A stretch of DNA of 61,021 bases from Pseudomonadota bacterium (GTDB taxonomy: Bacteria; Pseudomonadota; Alphaproteobacteria; Rickettsiales; SXRF01): assembly GCA_028873525.1 (NCBI GenBank), contig JAGWIM010000002.1, positions 1-61,021 on the forward strand. The letters run 5' to 3'. A program made the translations under genes and the position numbers. This document shows, one piece after another, positions 13,177-24,321 of the stretch. Within the stretch, counting starts at the first letter, position 1. Each line of letters starts with the position of its first letter. The notes under the pieces were generated by a model. That model made no database searches. It saw nothing but the letters and a program-made list of their open reading frames with translations, and was not told the origin of the DNA.

Positions 13177-14076
13177 ATGTTTCTGTCTTTTATCAAGATG
13201 CACGGCGCCGGCAACGATTTTGTCATGTTCGACGCCCGCCGGCAGCCTGTCGCCTTAACGCCCGGCCAGGTGCGGCAGATCGCGGCGCGCAGCAACGCCG
13301 TTACCCAGGGTTGCGACCAGGTGATCGTCCTGGAGCCGTCCAGGGCGGCGGACATCTTCATGCGCATCCATAACGCCGATGGCGGCGAGGTGGCGGCCTG
13401 CGGCAATGCGACGCGTTGCGTGGCATCCTTGCTGGAGGAGGAGCTTAAACGCCTGCCGGTGAAGATTGAGACGAAGGCGGGCATCCTGCAGGGGCTGGAG
13501 AAAGCCTATACCCCCGGAGGCGAGGAATATATCCTCGTGGATATGGGGGCGCCCCGGCTGGATTGGCAGGATATTCCGCTGGCTTTTCCCCTCCAGGAAA
13601 GCGCCGAAAAAGTCGAGCGGTTTTGCGACCTGAAAAACCCCGCCTTCGTCAGCATGGGCAATCCGCACATGGTGTTTTTCCTGCGCTTCGACCCGGCGGA
13701 AAGCGCCACGGATGCTGATTCGGCAGACCTTGCCAACATGGATTTGGCGCATATAGGTTCGGCGCTTGAACATTATACCGAAGTTTTCCCCGAGGGGGTC
13801 AATGTCAGCGTCGCCACGCTGCGCGCCGCCAAAGACGGGCTGGGGCATATCATCCACGCCCGCGTGTGGGAGCGCGGCGCCGGGCTGACCAAGGCCTGCG
13901 GCACGGCGGCATGTGCCATGCTCGCCGCCGCCCACGCCAGAAATGCTGTGGTACGGCAGGCGCATCTGTGGTTCGAGCCGGAGGGTTATGCCGTCACCGT
14001 GAAATTCGACGATAGCGGGCATATTCTGCTGGGCGGGCCGGTGGAGACGGAGTTTGAAGGGACATGGAATGTCTGA
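13177..14076 (+). CDS. dapF: Diaminopimelate epimerase
   Basis: Carries FIKMHGAGNDFVMFD and both catalytic Cys regions (ACGNATRC, KACGTAAC). Confidence 0.93.
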   Translation: MFLSFIKMHGAGNDFVMFDARRQPVALTPGQVRQIAARSNAVTQGCDQVIVLEPSRAADIFMRIHNADGGEVAACGNATRCVASLLEEELKRLPVKIETKAGILQGLEKAYTPGGEEYILVDMGAPRLDWQDIPLAFPLQESAEKVERFCDLKNPAFVSMGNPHMVFFLRFDPAESATDADSADLANMDLAHIGSALEHYTEVFPEGVNVSVATLRAAKDGLGHIIHARVWERGAGLTKACGTAACAMLAAAHARNAVVRQAHLWFEPEGYAVTVKFDDSGHILLGGPVETEFEGTWNV

Positions 14077-15400
14077 AGATGTGCGGAACGCGGAATGTGA
14101 ATCGTGGGATGTGAAAAAAGATATTTCTTCCATGCGCCGCGCGCCACGTTCCACGATTCACGTAGTGAATTTCGGCTGCCGGCTCAACGGCTATGAGGGC
14201 GAGGTTATCCGGCAGCAGGCCACTGCCGCCGGGCTGGAGGACGCCATCATTTTCAATAGCTGCGCCGTCACCGCCGAGGCCGAGCGGCAGGTGCGCCAGG
14301 CTATCCGCCGCGCGCGCAAAGCCAGCCCGCAGGCGAAAATCATCGTCACCGGCTGCTCGGCGCAGGTGCATCCAGGTATGTATGCGCACATGAAAGAGGT
14401 GGATACCATCCTCGGCAACGCGGAAAAACTCGAGAAGAGCGGCTATGAATTCGCCATTGCCGGCACCGAAAAGGCGCTGGTGAATGACATCATGTCGGTC
14501 AAGGAAACAGCCCAGCATCTGGTGGCCGGTTTTGAGAGCATGACGCGCGCCTTCGTGCGGGTGCAGAACGGCTGCGACCATCGCTGCACGTTCTGCATCA
14601 TCCCCTATGGCCGCGGCAACAGCCGATCGGTGCCGATCGGCGACATCGTGGCGCAGGTGCGAACGCTGGTGGGGGCGGGCTATAAAGAAGTGGTGCTGAC
14701 CGGGGTTGATATTTCTGATTACGGCAAAGACCTACCGGGCAAGCCGACGCTCGGGGCGATGATGCGCCGGTTGCTTTCGTTAGTGCCGGAACTGCCGCGC
14801 CTGCGGCTGTCGTCTATCGATGCGGTCGAGGCGGATGAGGATTTATACCGGCTGCTGGCCGGGGAGCCGCGCCTGATGCCGCATATCCACATCAGCCTGC
14901 AGGCGGGCGACGATATGATACTCAAGCGTATGAAGCGCCGGCACTCGCGGCAGGACATCCTCGATTTTTGTGCGCGCGTGCGCTCGCTTCGCCCGGATGT
15001 GGTGTTCGGCGCGGACATCATTGCCGGATTTCCGACCGAAACCGAAACCATGTTCCAAAACAGCTTGAACCTCGTCGAGGAAGCCGGACTGACCTGGCTG
15101 CACGTATTTCCTTATTCGGCGCGTGAAGGAACGCCCGCTGCGAAAATGCCGCAGATACCGAAGAAAATTCGCAGGGAACGCGCCGCCCGCCTCCGCAAAG
15201 CGGGCGAAAAACGGGCGGCGGCGTACCTGGCGGCGCAGGTTGGAAAAATTTTGCCGGTGCTGGTTGAAAAAGAACGCGATCGCGGTCATACCGAGCATTT
15301 TGCCGTGGTGGAGCTGGACCGGGAATGTGAGCCGGGGAGCATGGTGGCGGCGAAGATTCTGGGGGTCACCCCGTATTCGCTGCAGGGGCTGGCCGCATGA
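14054..15400 (+). CDS. mtaB: Radical-SAM methylthiotransferase, MiaB-like MtaB
   Basis: The N-terminal FGCRLNGYE motif and the radical-SAM cluster motif CDHRCTFCIIP are both present. The order dapF-mtaB-ftsY matches usual synteny. The true start may be 14069 or 14132. Confidence 0.9.
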   Translation: MKGHGMSEDVRNAECESWDVKKDISSMRRAPRSTIHVVNFGCRLNGYEGEVIRQQATAAGLEDAIIFNSCAVTAEAERQVRQAIRRARKASPQAKIIVTGCSAQVHPGMYAHMKEVDTILGNAEKLEKSGYEFAIAGTEKALVNDIMSVKETAQHLVAGFESMTRAFVRVQNGCDHRCTFCIIPYGRGNSRSVPIGDIVAQVRTLVGAGYKEVVLTGVDISDYGKDLPGKPTLGAMMRRLLSLVPELPRLRLSSIDAVEADEDLYRLLAGEPRLMPHIHISLQAGDDMILKRMKRRHSRQDILDFCARVRSLRPDVVFGADIIAGFPTETETMFQNSLNLVEEAGLTWLHVFPYSAREGTPAAKMPQIPKKIRRERAARLRKAGEKRAAAYLAAQVGKILPVLVEKERDRGHTEHFAVVELDRECEPGSMVAAKILGVTPYSLQGLAA

Positions 15401-16311
15401 GTTTTCTGTCCCATCTTAAATCCGGTCTTGCCAAATCTTCGTCCAGACTGAGCGACGGCATCGCCGGGATTTTTACCAAAACGCGGCTGGGTGAGGCGTC
15501 GCTGGAGCAACTGGAAGATGTGCTGATTGAGGCCGATTTCGGCGCGAAAATGGCGGCAGAACTGGTGGCGGCGCTGGCAAAGCAAAAATTCGACAAGGAT
15601 ATTTCACCGCAAGAGGTGCGCGAGTTTCTGGCGGCGGAGATTGCGAAGATTCTTGAGCCGCCGGCGCAACCGCTGGTTGTTCCTGCGGGCGAGGGGACGA
15701 AAGTCGTTATGATGGTCGGCGTCAACGGTAACGGCAAGACGACGACCATCGGAAAATTGGCCGCCCAGTTTAAGACACAGGGATTTTCGGTGATGCTGGC
15801 GGCGGGTGATACGTTCCGTGCGGCGGCGGTCGAGCAATTGCAGGTGTGGGGCGAGCGTTCGCAGATTCCCGTGGTTACCGGCGTACCGGGGTCTGATCCG
15901 GCCAGCCTTGCCTACCGTGCTTACGAGCAGGCGCGGGCGCAACGCGTGGATGTTTTATTCATCGACACCGCTGGCAGACTGCAGAACAAGGCCAACCTGA
16001 TGGCGGAGTTGCAGAAGATTTCGCGGGTGCTGAAAAAAATTGATGCGAGCGCGCCGCACCATGTGATTCAGGTGCTCGACGCGACAACCGGCCAGAACGC
16101 GATTTCGCAAGTGCAGGCGTTTAAGGAATTGGCACAGGTGACCGGGCTTATCATCACCAAGCTCGACGGTACGGCCAAAGGCGGCATTGTCGTGGCGCTG
16201 GCACGGCAGTTCGGCCTGCCTATTCATGCGATCGGCGTAGGTGAGGGGATAGAGGACTTGGAGATATTCCGGCCGACGGGATTCGCCCGGAACCTGCTTT
16301 CACCGGAATGA
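15397..16311 (+). CDS. ftsY: Signal recognition particle receptor FtsY (short form)
   Basis: Carries the NG-domain motifs GVNGNGKTTTIGKLA, DTAGR and TKLDGTAKGG. Confidence 0.95.
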   Translation: MSFLSHLKSGLAKSSSRLSDGIAGIFTKTRLGEASLEQLEDVLIEADFGAKMAAELVAALAKQKFDKDISPQEVREFLAAEIAKILEPPAQPLVVPAGEGTKVVMMVGVNGNGKTTTIGKLAAQFKTQGFSVMLAAGDTFRAAAVEQLQVWGERSQIPVVTGVPGSDPASLAYRAYEQARAQRVDVLFIDTAGRLQNKANLMAELQKISRVLKKIDASAPHHVIQVLDATTGQNAISQVQAFKELAQVTGLIITKLDGTAKGGIVVALARQFGLPIHAIGVGEGIEDLEIFRPTGFARNLLSPE

Positions 16312-16521
16312 TTATTTTTTATCGACGCGGTGCATCAATTTCATGCCGAGATAAGTCGATATCCAGCAGGTTACGATGAAAATGGCGACGGCGAAAAATC
16401 CCCTGGTGCCGCTTACCAGCGAGACGACGACGCCTACCGCCGGAACGGCCAGTACGGCCACCACCAGCATCGCCCACCAGGCAACGCCCTGACAGCCGCC
16501 GCAACCTGTTTTATCGTCCAT
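16312..16521 (-). CDS. Small hypothetical membrane protein
   Basis: 69 aa with two hydrophobic helices after an N-terminal CGGC motif. No family recognised. Confidence 0.4.
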   Translation of the reverse strand: MDDKTGCGGCQGVAWWAMLVVAVLAVPAVGVVVSLVSGTRGFFAVAIFIVTCWISTYLGMKLMHRVDKK

Positions 16522-16666
16522 AACCTCCTCCTGTTATAACAGATGACCGAAAAAAAACCCTGGTCATCCGGTTACGGATTATCTGATCATCCGCCACGCC
16601 CATGCATCATACCATGTTTTTCCATAAAAAACATCCCGATGTTGAGGAAGGCAGGGATACGGCGGC

Positions 16667-17989
16667 TCAGGTGCGTTTTTCTATGGAGGCAAAAGTCCTT
16701 GGCTCGGAACCTAAAAACATTTGCCGCGGGCGCCCAATCTTGGTTTTCGGGTCTTCCATCATTTCTTTCCATTGCGCCACCCAGCCGACGGTGCGTGCCA
16801 CGGCGAACAGCACGGTGAACATTTTGGAGGGAATGCCCATGGCGCGGTAGATGATGCCGGAATAAAAGTCGACGTTGGGGTAAAGCTTGCGCTCGATGAA
16901 ATATTCGTCCGACAGGGCGATGCGCTCCAACTCGACGGCGATATTGAGCAGCGGTTCGTTGCCGAAGCTCAACTCATTAAGCACCTCCATGCAGGTTTTG
17001 TTGAGCACCTTGGCGCGCGGGTCATAATTCTTATAGACGCGGTGGCCGAAGCCCATCAGCCGTACGCCGCTGTTCTTATCCTTCACCTTCCTGATGAATT
17101 CGGGGATGTGCCTGACATCTCCGATCTCACGCAGCATGTTGATGACGGCCTCGTTGGCGCCACCGTGCGCCGGACCCCACAGGCTGGCGATACCGGCGCC
17201 GATGCAGGCAAACGGGTTGGCGCCGCTCGATCCGGCGAGGCGCACGGTTGAGGTTGAGGCGTTCTGCTCATGGTCGGCATGCAGAATGAGTATCTTGTCC
17301 ATCGCCCTCGCCAGCACCGGGTTAACCTTGTATTTCTCACATGGCGTGGCAAACATCATATGCAGGAAATTCTCGGTGAAGCCCATGTCGTTCTGCGGGT
17401 AGATGAACGGCTGGCCGATAGAGTATTTATAGGCCATCGCCGCCAGCGTCGGCATTTTGGCGATCATGCGCCAGCTGGCGAGATCGCGCTGTTCCGGCAC
17501 GTGGATATCGAGAGAATCGTGATAGAAGGCCGAAAGCGAGGCGACGGCGCCGACCAGAATCGCCATCGGATGCGAGGAACGCGGGAAGCCGCGGAACAGG
17601 AATTGCAGTTGTTCATGCACCATCGTGTGCAGGGTGATGGTGCGGTTATACTCCTGCTTCTGCTTGACGTTCGGCAATTCGCCGTAGAGCAGCAGGTGGG
17701 AGACTTCGAGAAAGTCGCTTTTCTCCGCCAACACGTCGATGTCGTAGCCGCGATAGCGCAGGATGCCCTTGTCGCCGTCGATATAAGTAATCTTCGATTC
17801 GCAGGATGCGGTTGACATGAAGCCGGGGTCATAGGTGAAATAGCCGGTTTCATTGTAGAGCTTGCTGATGTCGATGACGCTCGGCCCTTCGCTGCCGGCA
17901 TAGACGGGAAGGATCACGTTTTTTCCGTCGATCGACAGTATGGCTGTTTGCTTGGGGGAAGCGGTCTGTATTTTTTCAACGGCAGCCAT
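16667..17989 (-). CDS. gltA: Citrate synthase (type II)
   Basis: 440 aa with the conserved motifs [14 protein letters not shown] and [14 protein letters not shown]. Confidence 0.97.
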   Translation of the reverse strand: MAAVEKIQTASPKQTAILSIDGKNVILPVYAGSEGPSVIDISKLYNETGYFTYDPGFMSTASCESKITYIDGDKGILRYRGYDIDVLAEKSDFLEVSHLLLYGELPNVKQKQEYNRTITLHTMVHEQLQFLFRGFPRSSHPMAILVGAVASLSAFYHDSLDIHVPEQRDLASWRMIAKMPTLAAMAYKYSIGQPFIYPQNDMGFTENFLHMMFATPCEKYKVNPVLARAMDKILILHADHEQNASTSTVRLAGSSGANPFACIGAGIASLWGPAHGGANEAVINMLREIGDVRHIPEFIRKVKDKNSGVRLMGFGHRVYKNYDPRAKVLNKTCMEVLNELSFGNEPLLNIAVELERIALSDEYFIERKLYPNVDFYSGIIYRAMGIPSKMFTVLFAVARTVGWVAQWKEMMEDPKTKIGRPRQMFLGSEPRTFASIEKRT

Positions 17990-18346
17990 GAGAAACTCCT
18001 ATAGCAGATGGTGGTTGATGAATGGCAGAGGGTGGATGGCGAAAGCCTGCGCGTTCTTTACCATACATCTTCCGCCATTCGTTCCTTTTATGGTTTATGG
18101 AACAAAAACCATGCTGCAGAATGGCAGATATAGGTAAATAAACCGTTGATAAGGCGGCGCCCATCGTGCCTGCCGCTGTCCATCAGATGGGGTAATAACG
18201 CATTTTTATGTAATTATTTCATTGAGTTAATAAATGTGGCGCTTTTCCGGATAAAAGTTATTGCTGCTTGATAGGAGACTTGATGATACTATGGGTGCCT
18301 CGGTATCAAGACTGGTGGTAGTCATTCGTACGAAGGTGGAGAGGCG

Positions 18347-18538
18347 ATGATCGATTGGGCGGCCATGCTGGTAATGTTGTTGATTCTGTCCGGCTGCGCC
18401 GACGAGACGTCTAACAAGCAATGGGATGACATCGACTATTCGCGCGTGCACGGCGCGGCGCGTGAGAACGACCCGGCCTATACCGCCCCCAGCGTCATCG
18501 GCTGCGTCGATGATGATTTGTATAACTGCAATAAATAA
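18347..18538 (+). CDS. Small putative lipoprotein
   Basis: The lipobox LLILSGC is present, and GGAGAGG lies upstream of the ATG. It converges on slt. Confidence 0.4.
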   Translation: MIDWAAMLVMLLILSGCADETSNKQWDDIDYSRVHGAARENDPAYTAPSVIGCVDDDLYNCNK

Positions 18539-18539
18539 T

Positions 18540-20501
18540 TCAGCGCACCAAATCCTTCCCAAGCTTTAATTCTGCCCTGCCGTCCGCTTCCAGATAACGA
18601 TACACCTGCAAATTCTCGATGACGCGCTGCACGTAATTGCGCGTCTCCGTGTAAGGGATTTTTTCTATCCAGTCGACGGCGCTATCCACATCAGTGCCCG
18701 GCGTTCCGAACTGGTGCTGCCAGCCGCGCACATTACCCGGTCCGGCGTTATAGGCGGCGATCGCCATGATATAAGAGCCGTCGTAATTGTTAATGAGATG
18801 CGCCAGGTACAGGCTGCCGACCGTAAAACTATATTCAGGGTCAAACAAGCGGCTGGGGCTGTATCCCAGACCATTCTTGCGGGCTGTTTCCCTGGCGGTC
18901 GCCGGTTTGAGCTGCATGACGCCCAGCGCGTTCGAGGGGCTTTTCGCCCGCGGGTCGAACTCGCTTTCCTGCCGGCCGATGGCCAGCGCCAGCGGCTGCT
19001 CGACGGCAAGCCCGCGCGGCGTCCTAGGCAGCGGGTAGCTGGCAGTCAGCACCAGCACGTCCGCCTCCATGGCTTTCTTGGCGGCGCGTATCCCGAGATA
19101 ATCATGGCCGATATGGCTGCCGAAATCCGCTGCCAGCGCGGACTCTCTGGTGTGCCCGGCGTGTTCGGCCATATATTCGATGAGACGGCTGGCCAGATCG
19201 TTCTCATCCAGATCGGCGGCAATTTTGATGGCTTGCGCCAGGTCCCCCCGGCTGAACTCTTCGCGGTCGCTTTCCTGGATGGCGGGCATCGGCGGGATGC
19301 GCAGCGGTTCCGCGCCGCTCTGTTTGAGCGAGGCCAGTTGGCCGTAAAACGTCGTCGGGTAATTTTCCGCCCGGATGTACCAGCGCCCGGCCTCCGCCCT
19401 GTCCCCGGCTTTTGCGGCGGCGCGCCCGGCCCAGTAGGCGGCGCGCGCCCGGCTTACCGGATAATGCACCGTATCATACATGTGACGGAAAATTTCGTAG
19501 CCTTCCTTCGGGCGGTGCAGGAATTCGGCTTTCAGCCAACCGGAGAGCCATACCGCATCAGCCAGCGACGTGCCGTCCACCTGGCCGTGATTGGCAAGCA
19601 GGCGTTCGGCCAGCCGCCAGTCGCGGTCATCAATCGCCCTGATGATTTCCACTTCCCGCCATTTCCACCAGCGGTCGGGATAGGGCACGTGCGAAGGCGC
19701 CGAAAGCAGCAAGTCACGCGCGCCGCTTTCATAGCCGTGGCGCTCGCGGTAGTTCAGGCGGTCGAAAGTAAGGCCGGGATCACGCCGCAGCGCATGCGGC
19801 ACCTCCGCCACGGCCAGCCCGGCGAACCGTTTGTCCTGAATCAGCGCGATGCGCGCTTTGGCAAGCCGCCGGTACGCATGTGGCAGGCGGGAGAACATCC
19901 ATTTCACCGGTGTGACTTTTTCTTCCCACAGCAGGCGGCTTGCGCGCTCAATATCGTCCTCCTGCGTCAGCAGGCGGCTATATTTTTTGAGGAACTGCTT
20001 TTCCTGCGGCTCTTCGAAATCGCCCCCGCGCCAGGCCTCGCGCAGGAGCAAATCAATCCGGCTCCCCGACGCACCGCCCTTGTGCATCAGCGCCTCGGCC
20101 AGCGCCAGCTTTCCGATGCCGGTGACGGGCGGGTTTTCGTTGAACCAACGGATGAGGACATCATTCGGAACCTGGCTGTCCCTCAGAGATTTTTCAGCAC
20201 GCAGCCGCAGCTTTTTCTGCTCCGGCCACTCCGGGTTGTCTTGAATAAAGCGCGTAATTTCATCGAACGGCGCGCCGGAATCCGCGTCGAGGCAATATTC
20301 CAGCGTGATGAGCTTGATGACCGGCATTGAACCGCTCTCGCTTGCATACGCGCGCGCATCCTGCCAGTCTTTTTTATCGGCGAAAAGAAAGGCGCTTTTC
20401 GCACGGTTCAAACCTGCGCCCGAAAGCGCGGCATGGGCGGCGGCGGGTAGGGTCAACAACAACAGGATCGCGAAGCGTAACATTGCTTGATTCCGTATCA
20501 T
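18540..20501 (-). CDS. slt: Soluble lytic murein transglycosylase (Slt family)
   Basis: 653 aa with a signal peptide, a superhelical N-domain and a C-terminal SLT catalytic region (ESEFDPRAKSPSNALGVMQL ... AYNAGPGN). Confidence 0.9.
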   Translation of the reverse strand: MIRNQAMLRFAILLLLTLPAAAHAALSGAGLNRAKSAFLFADKKDWQDARAYASESGSMPVIKLITLEYCLDADSGAPFDEITRFIQDNPEWPEQKKLRLRAEKSLRDSQVPNDVLIRWFNENPPVTGIGKLALAEALMHKGGASGSRIDLLLREAWRGGDFEEPQEKQFLKKYSRLLTQEDDIERASRLLWEEKVTPVKWMFSRLPHAYRRLAKARIALIQDKRFAGLAVAEVPHALRRDPGLTFDRLNYRERHGYESGARDLLLSAPSHVPYPDRWWKWREVEIIRAIDDRDWRLAERLLANHGQVDGTSLADAVWLSGWLKAEFLHRPKEGYEIFRHMYDTVHYPVSRARAAYWAGRAAAKAGDRAEAGRWYIRAENYPTTFYGQLASLKQSGAEPLRIPPMPAIQESDREEFSRGDLAQAIKIAADLDENDLASRLIEYMAEHAGHTRESALAADFGSHIGHDYLGIRAAKKAMEADVLVLTASYPLPRTPRGLAVEQPLALAIGRQESEFDPRAKSPSNALGVMQLKPATARETARKNGLGYSPSRLFDPEYSFTVGSLYLAHLINNYDGSYIMAIAAYNAGPGNVRGWQHQFGTPGTDVDSAVDWIEKIPYTETRNYVQRVIENLQVYRYLEADGRAELKLGKDLVR

Positions 20502-20555
20502 GGGAAGCGCTATCTTTGGCGGCAGAAGGGGTACAAAGTCAACCTTCTCTTATTT

Positions 20556-20636
20556 CTTCCCTCTTGATGGGGGAGGGTTGATAATGCGTAAATAAGATAC
20601 CCCTCCTTCCGGCTCCCTCCCGCAAGGGTAGGGGAA
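20556..20636. repeat. GC-rich REP-like hairpin elements (CCCTC...GAGGG type)
   Basis: Two hairpins lie between the divergent slt and methyltransferase genes: ttCCCTCttgatggGGGAGGGtt and CCCCTCCttccggCTCCCTCCcgcaaGGGtaGGGG. They belong to the same motif class as the elements at 42117-42145 and 46991-47100. Confidence 0.4.
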
Positions 20637-20648
20637 AGAAAGGCCGTC

Positions 20649-21386
20649 ATGTTCGCACCCGACGTTATTTCCCTCCGCCAGTTTTACGCCACGCCGCGCG
20701 GCGAGGACGCCCGCGCCATGATTGCCTGCGCTTTACGTGAATTATGGCCGGCGGCAAACGGCGACGTGGCGCTCGGCATCGGCTATGCCGCGCCGTACTT
20801 GGAGTCTTACCTCACGCAGGCGTCGCCGGCGATGATCTGTATGCCCTCCCAGCAGGGAGCGGCCTACTGGCCGCCCTCGGCGCCGAACCTCGTATTCCTC
20901 GCGCATGAATCGTTGCTGCCGCTGCCGGACAACAGCATCAACCGCATCCTCCTGATGCACAGCGTCGAGCATAGCGAGCAGCTTTCCGGCATGATGGATG
21001 AGGCCTGGCGCGTGCTGACGCCCGGCGGGCGGCTGCTTGCCATTGTGCCGAACCGCCTGGGTTTTTGGGCGCGCTCATCGCGGAGTCCGTTCGGCTACGG
21101 GCGGCCGTTCTCGCTGACGCAACTGCGCGACCTGATGACCGGCCATCATTTCACCCTGACGCGCCGCACCTCGGCGCTGTTCATGCCGCCGTCGCGGCTG
21201 CTGTGGCGGCTGGCGCCGAGGATTGAAAAACTGGGAAAAGCCTTCTGTCCGTTTTTCGGCGGGGTGCTTTTGGTGGAAGGGGAAAAACAAGTCTATGCCG
21301 CTGTCCGCCAGCCGGTGAAAGCGCGCAAGAGCTACACGCTGCCCATCCCCGCCGCCGAACCGGCGCTGCGGATGGACCGCCGCTAG
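20649..21386 (+). CDS. Class I SAM-dependent methyltransferase
   Basis: A Methyltransf_11-like core is visible (ILLMHSVEHSEQL...VLTPGGRLLAIVPN). Confidence 0.8.
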   Translation: MFAPDVISLRQFYATPRGEDARAMIACALRELWPAANGDVALGIGYAAPYLESYLTQASPAMICMPSQQGAAYWPPSAPNLVFLAHESLLPLPDNSINRILLMHSVEHSEQLSGMMDEAWRVLTPGGRLLAIVPNRLGFWARSSRSPFGYGRPFSLTQLRDLMTGHHFTLTRRTSALFMPPSRLLWRLAPRIEKLGKAFCPFFGGVLLVEGEKQVYAAVRQPVKARKSYTLPIPAAEPALRMDRR

Positions 21387-23116
21387 CGGCTTATCGTTTC
21401 AATTACCTTGTCTTGCGTCAGCAACTGCGGCAGGACGACGGGTTTTCCGTGCGCCGGGTAAAACACATAAAGCGGCACGCCCTTATAGCCGAAGCTGCTG
21501 AGGAATTCGGTGATATCGTCGTTGCGGCGCGTCCAGTCGGCGACCATCAGCGTGACGCCATGCTGCTTGAATGCCTCCATCACCCGCGTGGTATGGATGA
21601 CCGTGCGGCCATTGAGCTGGCAGGTGATACACCAGGCGGCGGTGGCATCCACGAATACCGGCGTTCCGGTCTTACGCAATTCCGCCAGTTTCTCCGCCGA
21701 GTAGTCAACCGCCGTGATGCCCATCTCATCCATCTTGCGTTGCATCCCGCCGAGTTCCATTTGGTTCAGTGCGGGCAGCGATAGACCCAGCACCAGCGCG
21801 TAGAGCGCCAGCGCAGTAATGCGGTACGCGCCGTCCTCGCCGAACAATTTTTTCATCCAGATGATAATGACAATCGCCAGCATCCCCGAAAGCGCCACCG
21901 TCACGCCGCCGCCGGTTTGCATTGAAAGCACCCACAGCAGCCAGATGACTGAGGCATACATCGGGAAAGCGAGCAATTCCTTGAACGTCTCCATCCATAC
22001 GCCGGGTTTCGGCAGGAAGCGCAGCAGTTTCGGAAACAGGCTGACGGCGAGGAACGGCGAGGCAAGCCCAAAGCCGAGCGCCTCGAAGATAAGCATCGCT
22101 TCCCACGACGGCAGCGTCAGCGCGACGCCGACCGCCGGGGCCATGAAAGGCGCGGTGCAGGGGGTCGCCACCATCACTGCCAGCACGCCGGTGAAGAAAC
22201 TTCCCCTGGCGGAAGATTCCGCCGCAATGCCGCCGCCGACGCCGCCGAGCAGCACCGGCAAATGAAATAATCCTGAAAGATTCAATCCCACCATGAAGAG
22301 CAGGTAAATCAAAAAGCCGACAAACGCCGGCGATTGCATCTGGTAGCCCCAGCCGATGGCCTCGCCGCCCTGGCGCAGCGCCAGCAGCGCGCCGCCGATG
22401 ATGGCAAACGACAGTAATATGCCCAGCGTGTAAGCAATCCCCATATGAATAACGACATGGTGCTCACGCCCGGATTTTTTGGCAATGGCCAGCGCCTTCA
22501 GCGACAGCACCGGCAGCACGCACGGCATTAAATTCAAAATCAATCCGCCGAGCATGGCGGCCAGCAGTATCAACGGCAAAAACGGTGTGGCAGCGGCGGG
22601 CGGATGTTGATGCGCCGGCTTGAATAACCCGGCCTGCGCGGAAGGCGCGGGCGCGGCAACGACCGGCAGATCAATCTCCAGATTTGCTGATTCGGGGATG
22701 CAGATATTCTTGCAGGCCAGCCACGTCGCCTTCACTTTAACGGGGTAGGTGGCACTGGCGTCAAGCGACGCGGGCGGCACGATGGTCACCGGCAAAAACA
22801 CCTGGCCGCCGTAACCATAGACCGTCAGTGATCCTTCGTGCATCTGCTCCGGCTCTGGCCAGTCGATGTCGCCGGCGGAAAAACCGGGTGGCAGTGTCCA
22901 CGCCAGTGCCGTTGCCATGCCGGCGTCGCCGGGATTTTTATAATAGGTATGCCAGCCGGGCGGCGGCTCAAGCAGTATGCCGACGCGAAACGGCTGCCCC
23001 GCCGCAACGCCGGTATGCTCGGCGACCAGCGCCACGCGCACCATCGATTCGCCGGCCAGCGCCGGGACGGCCAGCAACGTGAGAAAACAAAACGATGTAA
23101 AGAGCCGGCGCATCAA
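21383..23116 (-). CDS. Thiol:disulfide interchange protein, DsbD/ScsB-like
   Basis: A signal peptide and N-terminal periplasmic domain are followed by a CcdA-like membrane core (LNLMPCVLPVL; ATPCTAPF) and a C-terminal thioredoxin-like domain (AAWCITCQ). Confidence 0.9.
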   Translation of the reverse strand: MMRRLFTSFCFLTLLAVPALAGESMVRVALVAEHTGVAAGQPFRVGILLEPPPGWHTYYKNPGDAGMATALAWTLPPGFSAGDIDWPEPEQMHEGSLTVYGYGGQVFLPVTIVPPASLDASATYPVKVKATWLACKNICIPESANLEIDLPVVAAPAPSAQAGLFKPAHQHPPAAATPFLPLILLAAMLGGLILNLMPCVLPVLSLKALAIAKKSGREHHVVIHMGIAYTLGILLSFAIIGGALLALRQGGEAIGWGYQMQSPAFVGFLIYLLFMVGLNLSGLFHLPVLLGGVGGGIAAESSARGSFFTGVLAVMVATPCTAPFMAPAVGVALTLPSWEAMLIFEALGFGLASPFLAVSLFPKLLRFLPKPGVWMETFKELLAFPMYASVIWLLWVLSMQTGGGVTVALSGMLAIVIIIWMKKLFGEDGAYRITALALYALVLGLSLPALNQMELGGMQRKMDEMGITAVDYSAEKLAELRKTGTPVFVDATAAWCITCQLNGRTVIHTTRVMEAFKQHGVTLMVADWTRRNDDITEFLSSFGYKGVPLYVFYPAHGKPVVLPQLLTQDKVIETISR

Positions 23117-23712
23117 TGTATCTTCTGTGCCTTCTTGATATCCTCGTCAACGCCCTCGGTCTGGATTTCGATCCGCACCTTGTCGCCGATCATGTTGAGA
23201 TACGAGGTCATACCGAAGTCGGAACGCTTGAAGGTCGCCGTCGCGCTGAACCCGGCCTTGAATTCGCCTGTCATCGGGAAGAAATCCGCCTTGTTGAAAT
23301 GCACATGCAGCACCACCGGCTTCGTCACGCCGAGCAGGGTGAGGTTGCCGGTGACGTCGCCGTCATGGTCATCGGTGACTTTAATCGCGGTGCTGACAAA
23401 ATGAATGGTTGGGAATTTCGCCGTATTAAACCACTGCGTGCCCTGCAGCACCTCATCGAGTTTTTTGCTGCTGGTATGGATGCCGGCGGGGCTGATGGTA
23501 ACGTCCACCTTGCTATCCTTCGGGTGGCGCGGGTCGAACCGGAAGCTGCCGTCATATGAGGTCATCAGGCCGACCATCTCGGAAAAACCAAGATGGTTGA
23601 TATGGAAGAGGATGTTGGTGTGTTCCTTATCGAGCGCATAATGGTCGAGCGCGGCGAAGGCCGGCGTCGAAAGCAGCAGCGCGGTGGCGGCGGCGGCGAG
23701 GGATAGGCGCAT
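23113..23712 (-). CDS. YceI-family periplasmic protein
   Basis: Signal peptide plus a YceI-like lipocalin sequence pattern (YALDKEHTNILFHINHLGFS...). Confidence 0.9.
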   Translation of the reverse strand: MRLSLAAAATALLLSTPAFAALDHYALDKEHTNILFHINHLGFSEMVGLMTSYDGSFRFDPRHPKDSKVDVTISPAGIHTSSKKLDEVLQGTQWFNTAKFPTIHFVSTAIKVTDDHDGDVTGNLTLLGVTKPVVLHVHFNKADFFPMTGEFKAGFSATATFKRSDFGMTSYLNMIGDKVRIEIQTEGVDEDIKKAQKIH

Positions 23713-23769
23713 GAATATTTTCCTAACAGTAAGACGTGCGTGATACCAGGTGCCGGGTACGCTCGCTGT

Positions 23770-24321
23770 TTATACGAGCTTGCGGGTAAAATCAGTATAG
23801 CCGTTCAGAAGTCCGGTGAAAAGCTGCTGTTTTTGTGCATCCGCCAGCGCGCCTTTGCCGTCGAACGCGGTGTCGGCGTGCGGCAGCGGGAACACGCGGG
23901 GAAAAACAAAAAACGAGATGGCTTCCAGCGGCGTCTTGAGGTGTGCAAGCCCCGTGATGCCGCCGCGCCCGCCGGTGGTGGCGCTCATCAGCAGTGCCGT
24001 TTTACCGGCGAGGCGGTTGGGTTTCACGCGCGACGTCCAGTCGATGATGTTCTTCAGCGATCCCGGATACGACCAGTTATATTCCGGCGATGCGAGGATG
24101 ATGCCATCGCACTTTGCGGCGCGTTCGGCAAAGCACAGCGCCGCTTCCGGCACGCCGCCGCTGACGGCGATCTCATCGTTATAGACCGGCAGGTCGAACT
24201 CGGCGTATTCGGCGAAATCCACCCGCGCGCCTTGTGATTTCATATGCGCGGCTGCCAGCTTCGCCAGCCTGCGGTTATAGGATTCCTTGCGGTGCGAGGC
24301 GGCGAAGATTAAAAACTTCAT
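23770..24321 (-). CDS. NAD(P)H-dependent FMN reductase
   Basis: [20 protein letters not shown] and [18 protein letters not shown] are typical of the NADPH-dependent FMN reductase family. Confidence 0.85.
   Translation of the reverse strand: MKFLIFAASHRKESYNRRLAKLAAAHMKSQGARVDFAEYAEFDLPVYNDEIAVSGGVPEAALCFAERAAKCDGIILASPEYNWSYPGSLKNIIDWTSRVKPNRLAGKTALLMSATTGGRGGITGLAHLKTPLEAISFFVFPRVFPLPHADTAFDGKGALADAQKQQLFTGLLNGYTDFTRKLV

Noticed and set aside
13255-14154. A 299-aa ORF on the - strand.
   Set aside because: It is antisense to dapF, which carries clear catalytic motifs.
18714-20330. A 538-aa ORF on the + strand.
   Set aside because: It lies entirely antisense to the well-supported Slt lytic transglycosylase gene. 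Its composition is Arg/Ala/Gly/Pro-rich, as expected of out-of-frame GC-rich DNA, and it carries no motifs.
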